Shown one piece after another: positions 12,747 through 22,880 of a DNA stretch of 64,000 bases (position 1 is its first letter; each line of letters opens with the position of its first letter). The notes below the pieces were generated by a model that was not told where the DNA came from, searched no databases, and worked only from the letters and a program-made list of their open reading frames with translations. Origin of the DNA: Macrostomum lignano (Eukaryota); the NCBI GenBank assembly GCA_002269645.1, contig NIVC01001512.1, forward strand, positions 211,368 to 275,367. The letters are read 5' to 3'. Position numbers and translations under genes: made by a program.

Positions 12747-14318
12747 ATGGTCAAATCCAGGAAAAGAAAGCAACAAACAGCAAACAGCAGCAGCGATCTG
12801 GCGGACTCGGAGCAGCCTGCGGCAAAGCGCCTAGCTAAAGAGCAGCAGCAGGCGGATAGCAACAATAACGAGGACAGCAGCAACAGCAGCAGTAATTTGC
12901 CTAGCAACCAGACTGAAGCAGCAGCAGCTTCCGGCGATATCGAAGACGACACCTGTCCGATCTGCGTGTCCATCCTGACCAAACCGGTCCGACTGCCCTG
13001 CGGTCACGTGCTCTGCCTGGAATGCCTGCAGACGTCCACAGCGAGCTGGTCGGCGCTGGTCTGCCCGATGTGCCGGAAACGCATCGGCGTCTGGCTTCGG
13101 CGCCGAGCCAAGGACCCGGAAGCTCTGGTCGACGCCAAGCTGTGGTCGGCTGTGCAAAATCGGCACCCGAATTATTGTCGGGCCCGACTGGCCGGCATGT
13201 CCGCGCACGAGGCCGAGGCGTCCATAGCGGCTGCCGTCGGCCTGCGCCCGTCCGGCGTCGGAGACGGAGCCGGCAGCGGCGACGGCAACGATATTGACGA
13301 AAATTGGGAAGTGGAGCTGCTGCCACCGCCGCCAGCTCCGCCGCGCCAGATTGCGGCGCCGGGAGAGCTAAGAACTGAGTGGCAAGCCGCTTTAGACGAA
13401 CACGATCGCGAGCTGCTGGCCGAGCGGGCTGCGGAGGAGGCCGCCTCCGGCGCTCTCATTCGTCGGCTGCAGTCGGAGGAGCGTCTGGCTAAGCGGCGCA
13501 CTTGGCTGGACGATTTCCTTGCCAAAGGCGGTGTTGCTAGCGGTAATAGAGCTGGAAACGGAGCTGACAATCAAAATTTAGCATTCAGTCAAGCCGGAAG
13601 TTTAACTGGAGCCCGAAATGGAACCGGAAGTACCAATAGTTCAAGCGGATTCAACGCTGGAACCGGAAGTGTAACCGGAACCGGAAGTATCAATAAAACC
13701 GGAAGTGTAACCGGAGCCGGAAGTATCAATAAAACCGGAAGTGTAACCGGAGCCGGAAGTATCAATAAAACCGGAAGTGTAACCGGAACCGGAAGTATCA
13801 ATAAAACCGAACTCCTAAGCGTCACAGTGAGCGAGGATGAACCGGAGGACGACAGGACACTGATGGAGAACCGAGCCGGAAGTCGCAGCCTAATAGAGAC
13901 CGGAAGTTTCAGCGCCAACAAACTTTGGCCACCGCAGCCGCGTAGTTCGCCTCAGCCGCAGTCCCGGCCGAAGCCGCAGCCGGCTCTAATCCGACGCAAA
14001 AGTTCGTCGGACGCGCCGTCGTCTAAACGAAGGTCGGCAACGACGCCGACGCCAGGCAGGAGTCGCCAAGCGGTTGCCGCGACGGCCTCCTCCAGCCAGC
14101 CGAAGCCAGCGTCCCCGTTCGCCATCGCAGCCGCTGTCGCTGCCGCTAAAAAGGCCGCCAGCGAAGCCGCTGCTGCCACCGCATTCAGCGAAGACTTGCC
14201 GATGGGCGCCGACTCCGACGTGAGTCAGGAAGAGGCCGATCGTCGTTTGGCTTTGCGACTTCAGCGTCAGTTCGATTTGGAGAGCGGAGTGTCTGCTGGT
14301 GGTCGGCTGGCTAATTAA
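12747..14318 (+). CDS. RNF168: RNF168-like RING E3 ubiquitin ligase (DNA-damage H2A ubiquitylation), single ORF, 523 aa
   Basis: C3HC4 RING CPICVSILTKPVRLPCGHVLCLECL...CPMCRKRIGVW, then LVDAKLWSAVQNRHPNYCRARL. UMI/MIU1-like PGELRTEW...EEAASGALIRRL and MIU2-like QEEADRRLALRLQRQFD. ATG in gccATGg context at 12747. Confidence 0.85.
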   Translation: MVKSRKRKQQTANSSSDLADSEQPAAKRLAKEQQQADSNNNEDSSNSSSNLPSNQTEAAAASGDIEDDTCPICVSILTKPVRLPCGHVLCLECLQTSTASWSALVCPMCRKRIGVWLRRRAKDPEALVDAKLWSAVQNRHPNYCRARLAGMSAHEAEASIAAAVGLRPSGVGDGAGSGDGNDIDENWEVELLPPPPAPPRQIAAPGELRTEWQAALDEHDRELLAERAAEEAASGALIRRLQSEERLAKRRTWLDDFLAKGGVASGNRAGNGADNQNLAFSQAGSLTGARNGTGSTNSSSGFNAGTGSVTGTGSINKTGSVTGAGSINKTGSVTGAGSINKTGSVTGTGSINKTELLSVTVSEDEPEDDRTLMENRAGSRSLIETGSFSANKLWPPQPRSSPQPQSRPKPQPALIRRKSSSDAPSSKRRSATTPTPGRSRQAVAATASSSQPKPASPFAIAAAVAAAKKAASEAAAATAFSEDLPMGADSDVSQEEADRRLALRLQRQFDLESGVSAGGRLAN

Positions 14319-14569
14319 TATTGGCCTCGGTTGGTTTTATATTCTGCTAAAGGCATTCAAGCCGTTCCTATTATGGTTATGAGTTGTAACATACGAGCCT
14401 CGCATAGCAAATTTAGAAGTGACGATTTTATTCATCTTGTTGCAATTTTTCCAGATAAATATTTCCTGGATTGGGAAGAAATTAATGACTTCGGATTTCT
14501 TCAAAGGGAACTAATCAGGTGGAGATTTCCTAGAAAGCGATTCAATCTATTTCGGTTTCTTAGAAAGCG

Positions 14570-15300
14570 ACTAAATATATTTGGATTCCTCGAGATGCGA
14601 ATTTAGAAGCTGTGATTTCCTAGAAACCAAGTTAACGAGTTTGCATTTCTTAGAAAGCGATTGAATTTGTTGTGATTTCCTAGAAACCGTATGGACGAGT
14701 TGTATTTCCTAGAAAGCGATTGAATTTGTCGTGATTTCCTAGAAACCGTATGGACGATTTGCATTTCTTAGAAAGCGATTGAATTTGTCGTGATTTCCTA
14801 GAAACCGTATGGACGAGTTGTATTTCTTAGAAAGCGATTGAATTTGTTGTGATTTCCTAGAAAACGTTTTGACGAGTTGCCTTTCTTAGAAAGCGATTGA
14901 ATTTGTCGTGATTTCCTAGAAACCGTATGGACGATTTGCATTTCTTAGAAACGCGTGAATTGGTTGTGATTTCCTAGAAACCGTATGGACGATTTGCATT
15001 TCTTAGAAACGCGTGAATTTGTTGTGATTTTCTAGAAACCGTATGGACAAGTTGCATTTCTAAGAAAGTGATTGAATTTGTTGTGATTTCCTAGAAACCG
15101 TATGGACGAGTTGTATTTCTTAGAAAGCGATTGAATTTGTAATTTTCTAGAAACCGTATGGACGAGTTGCATTTCTAAGAAAGCGATTGAATTTGTTGTG
15201 ATTTCCTAGAAACCGTATGGACAAGTTGCCTTACTTAGAGAGCGAGTGAATTGGTTTTGATTTCCTAGAAACCATATTGACGAGTTTGCATTCTTAGAAA
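14570..15300. repeat. ~59-bp minisatellite built from two TTTC(C/T)TAGAAA sub-repeats
   Basis: Units start at 14675, 14734 and onward. Confidence 0.9.
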
Positions 15301-16110
15301 GTCAATTGAAATTATGCATTAATAATTCCTCAAAAGCCATCGAATATAATGACAATTTCCTAGACAGCAAACGAAGTTAGGTAGTTTTTTTCATCTTGGA
15401 AGTGTCAAATAGGGATCTCTTGTAGTGCAAATATATGCATTTTTAGTTTTTAAAAGTGCATTTGCGTGTTTTTGGAAAGCGCATTTAAGTTTTTTTCTGG
15501 ATATCAATTTGGTTCAAAGTCCCGATCGGTGTATTTTTTGTACTATTATTTGTTCTCAACTACAGGTATAATACAAGTTTGTTATTTCGTAGTCTTTGTG
15601 TTGTCATTTACTTTCAATAGCAATATTTTGTAATTTGTACTGACAAAGCTACATTGCTCAGCTGCTCAGCTTCTGCTCAAAATCGGATCTATTTGATCTT
15701 TTTTTTCGAGTTCATTTTATTTATAATCATTGCCCGCTTCTGCCCAGATCTCTCGCCAAGTTATTGTGCCTAAAATATGAGCTTTAATCTTTATATATTA
15801 ACTAGTGACTCGATTCAATTCTATATATATTTACTACTACATAATACTAACAGTAGTATAAAAACTGATAAACAGGCAGTCTGCCTGGCGAACCTAACCC
15901 GTGCAGAGCAAGAAGACAAGCTACATGTACTTTAGTCAGGACTGTCTTGTCCGATCACTATCGTTTGAATTGTTGTTAGCTGTAATACACTGTTTATGGC
16001 TAGGAGTTTTTGCTTCAGTAACTCCTTTATTTCTACTGTTCTCACTGAGCGCGGCCGTTGCTGTGCTGTACAACTGTTTGACACTTTCGTTTGTTAGTCA
16101 GTTTTACTCG

Positions 16111-17022
16111 AGTAGATCCCCAGTTGCTGGGCCAGCCTCCCAGATCCCCAGTTGCTGAGCCAGCCTCCCAGATCCTCAGTTGCTGGGCCAGCCTCCCAGA
16201 TCCTCAGTTGCTGGGCCAGCCTCCCAGATCCTCAGTTGCTGGGCCAGCCTCCCAGATCCTCAGTTGCTGGGCCAGCCTCCCAGATCCTCAGTTGCTGGGC
16301 CAGCCTCCCAGATCCTCAGTTGCTGGGCCAGCCTCCCAGATCCCCAGTTGCTGGGCCAGCCTCCCAGATCCCCAGTTGCTGGGCCAGCCTCCCAGATCCC
16401 CAGTTGCTGAGCCAGCCTCTCAGATCCTCAGTTGCTGGGCCAGCCTCCCAGATCCTCAGTTGCTGGGCCAGCCTCCCAGATCCTCAGTTGCTGGGCCAGC
16501 CTCCCAGATCCTCAGTTGCTGGGCCAGCCTCCCAGATCCTCAGTTGCTGGGCCAGCCTCCCAGAGTGTCAGTTGCTGGGCCAGCCTCCCAGAGTGTCAGT
16601 TGCTGGGCCAGCCTCCCAGATCCTCAGTTGCTGGGCGAGCCTCCCAGATCCTCAGTTGCTAGGCCAGCCTCCCAGATCCTCAGTTGCTGGGCGAGCCTCC
16701 CAGATCCTCAGTTGCTGGGCCGCCTCCCAGATCCTCAGTTGCTGGGCCAGCCTCCCAGAGTGTCAGTTGCTGGGCCAGCCTCCCAGATCCTCAGTTGCTG
16801 GGCCAGCCTCCCAGATCCTCAGTTGCTGGGCCAGCCTCCCAGATCCTCAGTTGCTAGGCCAGCCTCCCAGATCCTCAGTTGCTGGTCCAGCCTCTCAGAT
16901 CCTCAGTTGCTAGGCCAGCCTCCCAGATCCTCAGTTGCTAGGCCAGCCTCTCAGATCCTCAGTTGCTGGGCCAGCCTCCCAGATCCTCAGTTGCTAGGCC
17001 AGCCTCCCAGATCCTCAGTTGC
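16111..17022. repeat. 28-bp minisatellite (CAGATCCTCAGTTGCTGGGCCAGCCTCC)n
   Basis: Tandem copies read directly. Confidence 0.95.
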
Positions 17023-17399
17023 TGCCACTGACACCCTTTCATTTCCTTAACCCTGGTGATTTTCGCACAAGCATGCCGAGTAATTTGATATGCATTGAAT
17101 AGTTGCCAGCTAGCATAGAGGCTCATACTGCAACCGTTTAAGTAAACCAGTTTGTTGGGGCAGAAGCAGCTGTATTTTATCAGGTTGTAGGAGTTCGCTT
17201 GAAGCACCGGATGCTCGGCAACTACAATACATGTGGCCATGTAGGATTTACACTCGACTTCAAAACCGATTCAATAAGTAAACTAAAAAATGTTTTACAG
17301 TCTGGCTTCTTCTGTGAAGAACTCTCCAGATTTCTGCAACACAGCTGATCTGTCACGACTGCTCTAGTGCGCTCATTTAATTTCTAAAATATTAGGATT

Positions 17400-18490
17400 G
17401 GAAGTTGCTGAGATTCTATGGCTCAGTGGAGAGTTGCTGAGATGCTATGACTCAATGGGGAGATTATGCGATGCTAATGGCTCAATGGGAAGATGCTGAG
17501 ATGCTATGGCTCAATGGGGAGTTGCTGAGATGCTATGGCTCAATGGGAAGATGCTGAGATGCTATGACTCAATGGGAAGATGCTGAGATGCTATGGCCCA
17601 GTGGGGAGATTCTGGGATGCCAAGGCTCAATGGGGAGTTGCTGAGATGCTATGGCTCAATGGGAAGATGCTGAGATGCTATGGCCCAGTGGGGAGATTCT
17701 GGGATGCCAAGGCTCAATGGGGAGTTGCTGAGATGCTATGGCTCAATGGGGAGATGCTGAGATGCTATGGCTCAATGGGGAGATGATGAGATGCTATGGC
17801 TCAATGGGGAGATGATGAGATCCTATGGCTCAATGGGAAGATGCTGGGATGCCAAGGCTCAATGGGGAGATGCTGGGATGCCAAGGCTCAATGGGGAGAT
17901 GATGAGATGCCAAGGCTCAATGGAGAGATGATGAGATCCTATGGCTCAATGGGAAGATGCTGGAATGCCAAGGCTCAATGGGGAGATGATGAGATGCTAT
18001 GGCTCAATGGGGAGATGATGAGATGCTATGGCTCAATGGGGAGATGATGAGATGCTATGGCTCAATGGGGAGATGATAAGATGCCAAGGCTCAACGGGGA
18101 GATGATGAGATTCTATGGCTCAATGGGGAGATGCTGGGATGCTATGGCTCAATGAGGAGATGCTGAGATGCTATGGCTCAATGGGAAGATGCTGAGATGC
18201 TATGGCCCAGTGGGGAGATTCTGGGATGCCAAGGCTCAATGGGGAGTTGCTGAGATGCTATGGCTCAATGGGGAGATGCTGAGATGCTATGGCTCAATGG
18301 GGAGTTGCTGAGATGCTATGGCTCAATGGGGAGATGATGAGATGCTATGGCTCAATGAGGAGATGCTGGGATGCCAAGGCTCAATGGGGAGATGCTGGGA
18401 TGCCAAGGCTCAATGGGGAGATGCTGGGATGCCAAGGCTCAATGGGGAGATGCTGGGATGCCAAGGCTCAATGGGGAGTTGGTGAGATGC
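17400..18490. repeat. ~29-bp minisatellite (ATGCTGAGATGCTATGGCTCAATGGGGAG)n
   Basis: Tandem copies read directly. Confidence 0.95.
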
Positions 18491-19076
18491 CAATTGGAGC
18501 TGTTGAGCTGTTTGAGGTACCAATGCCGAAAAGACTTCAATGCTGATATGTTAAGCCCCAGAACCTATGATACCAGGGCTACTGATTTTTGTCTTAAACA
18601 AATTTATCTTCAAGGAAATAAAATTTCACAAGCTTTCTATGATTTTTTTCCTTATTATGCCTTCCCAAGCCCGCGGCACTAGATTGCCAGTTTGGTCTTA
18701 AAAGAGATGCATGTAAAATACTTAAAAGTTCGCTAAATTCAGTTCGAACGGTCATTGCTGGGTGGGACGTTTGGATCAGTTTGGCTACACAACCGGAACA
18801 GCTCAGTTACTGTAGTAATATTCATATTTGATTTTTCTGTAAGTTCATACAAACTTCTTTTTAGTGCGCGCGCATCTGAGCCTCCAATTCTTGGCTGTTG
18901 TGATGTGCTTTAAAGGTCACCAGTACTATCTCTAGCTTTGATTATATTGCTAGTTAGAACATTTTTTTCAAAACCTGGTTGTCTGATCAACAAGCAACCT
19001 TTAAATATTAATCTGTTTTAGTAGTTGCCTTTAGTGTCTTTCTTAGTGTCTGTCTTAGTGTCTATTTTGGTTTCTG

Positions 19077-19509
19077 CCAGTGGCGCCAGCACCATGGGCG
19101 CCAGCACCAGGGACGCCAGCACCAGGGGCGCCAGCACCAGTGGCACCAGCACCAGGGGCGCCAGCACCAGGGGCGCCAGCACCAGGGACGCCAGCACCAG
19201 GGGCTTTAGCACCAGGGGCGCCAGCACCAGGGGCTTTAGCACCAGGGGCTTTAGCACCAGGGGCTTTAGCACCAGGGGCGCCAGCACCAGGGACGCCAGC
19301 ACCAGGGACGCCAGCACCAGGGGCGCCAGCACCAGGGGCTTTAGCACCAGGGGCTTTAGCACCAGGGGCTTTAGCACCAGGGGCTTTAGCACCAGGGGCT
19401 TTAGCACCAGGGACGCCAGCACCAGGGGCTTTAGCACCAGGGGCTTTAGCACCAGGGGCTTTAGCACCAGGGGCGCCAGCACCAGGGACGCCAGCACCAG
19501 GGGCGCCAG
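19077..19509. repeat. 15-bp minisatellite (GCACCAGGGGCGCCA / GCACCAGGGGCTTTA)n, left half, split by the large LTR element
   Basis: The same array resumes at 36374-36541. Confidence 0.95.
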
Positions 19510-20162
19510 TGAAATATTTTAAAATATATTTTCTTGTTCTTCTTCTGGTCTCTCACTTCTATGGCTCTTGTTCTACTTCAAATATCAATGTGAGAGCCAA
19601 ATAACTGAGGCGGCGGATTCAACTGACTTTTCCTGATGATGCAAACACTTGATGTTAACTTACAGACCGTTGTATTTGATGGTCACAATCTCGAGATGTT
19701 ATCTTACAAAATATAATGTCTAAGGTGGAATTCCAAATAAGAAGCTCGTTCGATTTAAGTCACAAGGTGTTTCTAGTTGTTCGGGTGAACCGAAGGTTCA
19801 GTCTATTGTGAAACGTGGATTGGGTGTTGGTTTGGCTTTAGTAAGTCGACTTATAAGTTTTGGTGTTTGGGTTGAGACCCTAACTGTGTCAATCAAAATA
19901 GTCAAACGAGGTAAGCTAGGAGAATGGCGAAGGAGAGGCAAGGGCGAGGAGAGGCGGAGCGAGCAAAAGGCGAGCTTCTTGCTTGGTTAACATGAGCTTT
20001 TATAGTACTTTTCAGTCTTGATCGCATTGGATGGTACATAACTGCTTTTCATTGGTTGAGGTTGGGGTCGTGTCCTCAGCTTTTGCTATTTGGAGCGCAT
20101 TCATTGGTTAAAATACATTCAATCTGGATGGGAGCTTTCTAGAGCCAAAATGTATCACTTCA
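19510..20162 (-). repeat. 3' LTR of the large element (653 bp)
   Basis: TG...CA ends; matches 35721-36373; minus-strand TATAAAA at 19998-20004 preceded by three CCAAT boxes. Confidence 0.95.
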
Positions 20163-20177
20163 TTCGCTCTATTTTTC
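20163..20177 (-). other. Polypurine tract (GAAAAATAGAGCGAA) of the large element
   Basis: Purine-rich run abutting the 3' LTR on the minus strand; imperfect. Confidence 0.6.
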
Positions 20178-20804
20178 GGGGAAGCGAGGCCCTCCGAGCG
20201 CATAAAAACAGAAAAAGTATAGTAGGGGGTTAAAATTGATAAAATTGCAGAAAAAGATAACGCATTGTAGTGAACGAGAAAAGTTGTCGCAGAAAAAATA
20301 GTGCGCAGTGAATAATGTTAGCAAAAATGTTTGAGTAAAAGGGAACCAATTTAAGCAAGGTAACATAGGTTAAAGTACAACATCAGTTTAAATAGCGAAA
20401 GAAGGGATAGCGCAGAGGGCCTTTAGTTAGGCGAAGCTAAACTAGCTAAGCAAGGATGGAATAAAACGCAGCGAGGGTAACCAAAAAATCGATAAAATGG
20501 GTGTACAGAGCAAAATGGAGGTTTAGCGACGCAAGCTTAAAGTGAAAACGCGGTGAGTTAAAAGGAGGGTAATAAAAATCATTGTACAGCGAAAGTTGGG
20601 GGGGGGGTTAGCGAGGAACCGCTCAGCTAATAAATCATGTACAAAGTAGAGGTTAAAATTTTAACTGGGGAAACGAAAAAGATAAAAATTCTAGGAAAAA
20701 GTGTACAGTCCAAAGGGGGTATATAACACAAAGCTTTAAAATGGAGCAAGGCGAGTTAAGCGATTTTTGACTGACGGTTAATAATCAAGTAAATTCGATT
20801 CATC

Positions 20805-21065
20805 ATGAGCACAAGGAAGAACTTGCGGTTTTTGCTAGGCGACTTAGCAAAGCGGTCCCAAGATGATTGGGACCTTGGCGACAGGCGGTGGGCGATCACG
20901 CTCGTCCTTCTCGCTGTGCTGGGAGTGCTGGTGCTGCTGCTGCTGCTGTGCCAATGTTGCCGTTGCTGTCGTTGTTGTCGGCGCAACTGCTGCAGGTCGG
21001 GCGCGCCTGGAGCGTCGACTGCGGTAGCAGATGTGGAGGCGCCGCCAGCGGAGTCGGTGGTGTAA
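20805..21065 (+). CDS. 86-aa single-pass membrane protein with a juxtamembrane Cys/Arg cluster, antisense accessory ORF of the element
   Basis: ATG start, TATATAA at 20720-20726, TM WAITLVLLAVLGVLVLLLLL followed by CQCCRCCRCCRRNCC; GC-rich island in AT-rich flanks. Confidence 0.5.
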   Translation: MSTRKNLRFLLGDLAKRSQDDWDLGDRRWAITLVLLAVLGVLVLLLLLCQCCRCCRCCRRNCCRSGAPGASTAVADVEAPPAESVV

Positions 21066-21622
21066 GAGCCGAGCTGCTTTGCTGGTTCGTCCGGCCTTCT
21101 GAACGCAACAACGGCCCTTTTCAGGGCCACCACTTGATGTGATGCCGAAGTTGTCAGATAAGCAGACTGTGCAGTCATGAAGGAACAAACGTTGTTGAGC
21201 CGTATGCTTTAGTGCTAGTTGGTTGACTTAGGTGAAAGCAGCGCCAGGGACAGAGCGATTTGCAGAGACCAGGCATAGTGTAGGGCGATGGCTGCGTAGA
21301 TCAAGGTTGTGGCTTGAATCCGGTTGAAGCAGCGCCAGAGACAGCAATTGGCAGTGACCAGGCACAGAGCAGCAGTCGTGTAGGTCAGGGTTGGGCAGGG
21401 TTGAGCAGGGTTGAGCAGGGTTGAGCAGGGTTGAGCAGGCTAGCGCGTGATGACTTTTGAAAAAGCAGTTGACAGAATAACAGAGAAAAATAGCGTAAGC
21501 TTTACACAAGTGAGCGCAAAAGAGCGGAGGAGTAATAGGCAGAAGAACGGAAAATATTTTTTTTTAGTATTTTTGAACAATTTTTGTAGTGTTTCAGCGC
21601 TCAATATTGAAGAAAAAGCGGA

Positions 21623-22579
21623 TTAAAATAGTGAGCGATGATGGTGAATCAAGTCATAAAAAAGAGCGTATGCCAGTCGAGCAAAATTAATATTAGGATC
21701 AGAAGGCGGAGAATGTTGAATACGCTTGATGGAGAAGGTATGAAGAGTGGCGTACTCTGGCAAGGTGTTAGGATAGCCAACAAGAGCATTTCGTATACGG
21801 TGAATATCGTATAAATATCGACGAAGGGGAGGACAAGAGAAAGGAAAAATAGTATGGGCAACTACCGAGCGAGAATAAAAATCGATAATTATAAAAGCAA
21901 AGCTTCTTGAACGCGTTGAGAGAATGAAAACAGCGTGGGTAAAGAAAAAATTGTGCGGATACAAACGATTGAGCGTGCGTATCATAGCTTTCTTAGTAGC
22001 ACGAGGAGAAAATGGAGGAAAAATTTGATAAACATAAGGGGCGAGAGAATCGAAGGAGGTTAAATAATTTTGGAGCGTAGAAGTTAACTGTTGCGCCGAA
22101 AGATTAGCAGCATCATGGCGGAATTGTTGCCATGGGTAGCGTAGAGAGGAAAGCAACAGAGGCCAAGTGTCTTGGTTAAAGCGCATGCATGGTTGAGGGA
22201 GAGTAGAAGCAGAGAGTTGAAAGAAATCGTCGATAGACATATTAGGAGAGAAAAGAAAATGTATGATTGGTACAAAGCTGCGGTTGAGAACGTCAGTCAT
22301 AGTGGGAGAAAAGTTCTGTATACGTGGTCGTGAGTGAGTACGACGCAGCACACCAAATAGACTAATTCGTAGAACGCGGAGCATCTTAGGATAAAAGCGA
22401 TGGCAGCGGATAACATAAAAACGAGAGAAGAAAGCGGAGGCCATGCGTAGCCGTTGGGGTTCACCAATAGTTTCAGAATAAAATATTGCTTCAGTGAACC
22501 AAGCAACAACGGTTGCGAGGCAAATAAGATCATGATTTAACTGTGGTCGAATATCCATCGGTTGCGGAAATGGATCCAT
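21623..22579 (-). CDS. 318-aa unknown accessory ORF 3' of integrase
   Basis: Long, non-repetitive, uninterrupted ORF from ATG 22579. Strong splice acceptor ttttctcttttccctctttacattgcAG at 22641-22642, about 60 nt upstream. Confidence 0.7.
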   Translation of the reverse strand: MDPFPQPMDIRPQLNHDLICLATVVAWFTEAIFYSETIGEPQRLRMASAFFSRFYVIRCHRFYPKMLRVLRISLFGVLRRTHSRPRIQNFSPTMTDVLNRSFVPIIHFLFSPNMSIDDFFQLSASTLPQPCMRFNQDTWPLLLSSLRYPWQQFRHDAANLSAQQLTSTLQNYLTSFDSLAPYVYQIFPPFSPRATKKAMIRTLNRLYPHNFFFTHAVFILSTRSRSFAFIIIDFYSRSVVAHTIFPFSCPPLRRYLYDIHRIRNALVGYPNTLPEYATLHTFSIKRIQHSPPSDPNINFARLAYALFYDLIHHHRSLF

Positions 22580-22880
22580 AAGAGAAAGGAAAAAGGAGAA
22601 AAGCAATAGATACACAAAATATTGTTTTAGCGTGTGAGCTCTGCAATGTAAAGAGGGAAAAGAGAAAATTTTTTGTAGCTTTTGTTGATAAAACGGAAAA
22701 TAAAAGTTCATTGTGTCAGTTCGTCAATACTCGTAGTCACGTAAAGAGTCGCAATGCAGGGAGAGAGAGCAAAAGCTAGAAAAGAAGGAAAGAAAAAAGG
22801 AAGAGAAAGAAAGGAAGAGAAAGCAATATTGTCAGTCAAGGAAAAGAAAGGAGAAAAGAAATTTAGAAGATTTTTATCAT

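Noticed and set aside
17100-18950. Possible small exons of a host gene spanning the large LTR insertion (also 36590-37080, 1500-3200 and 12405-12580)
   Set aside because: Plausible splice sites exist but no recognisable protein or consistent strand; needs RNA-seq
16091-19604. Repetitive ORFs (ASQILSCW, MGRCW, STRGF, APGA collagen-like)
   Set aside because: All are frames of 28-, 29- and 15-bp tandem repeats
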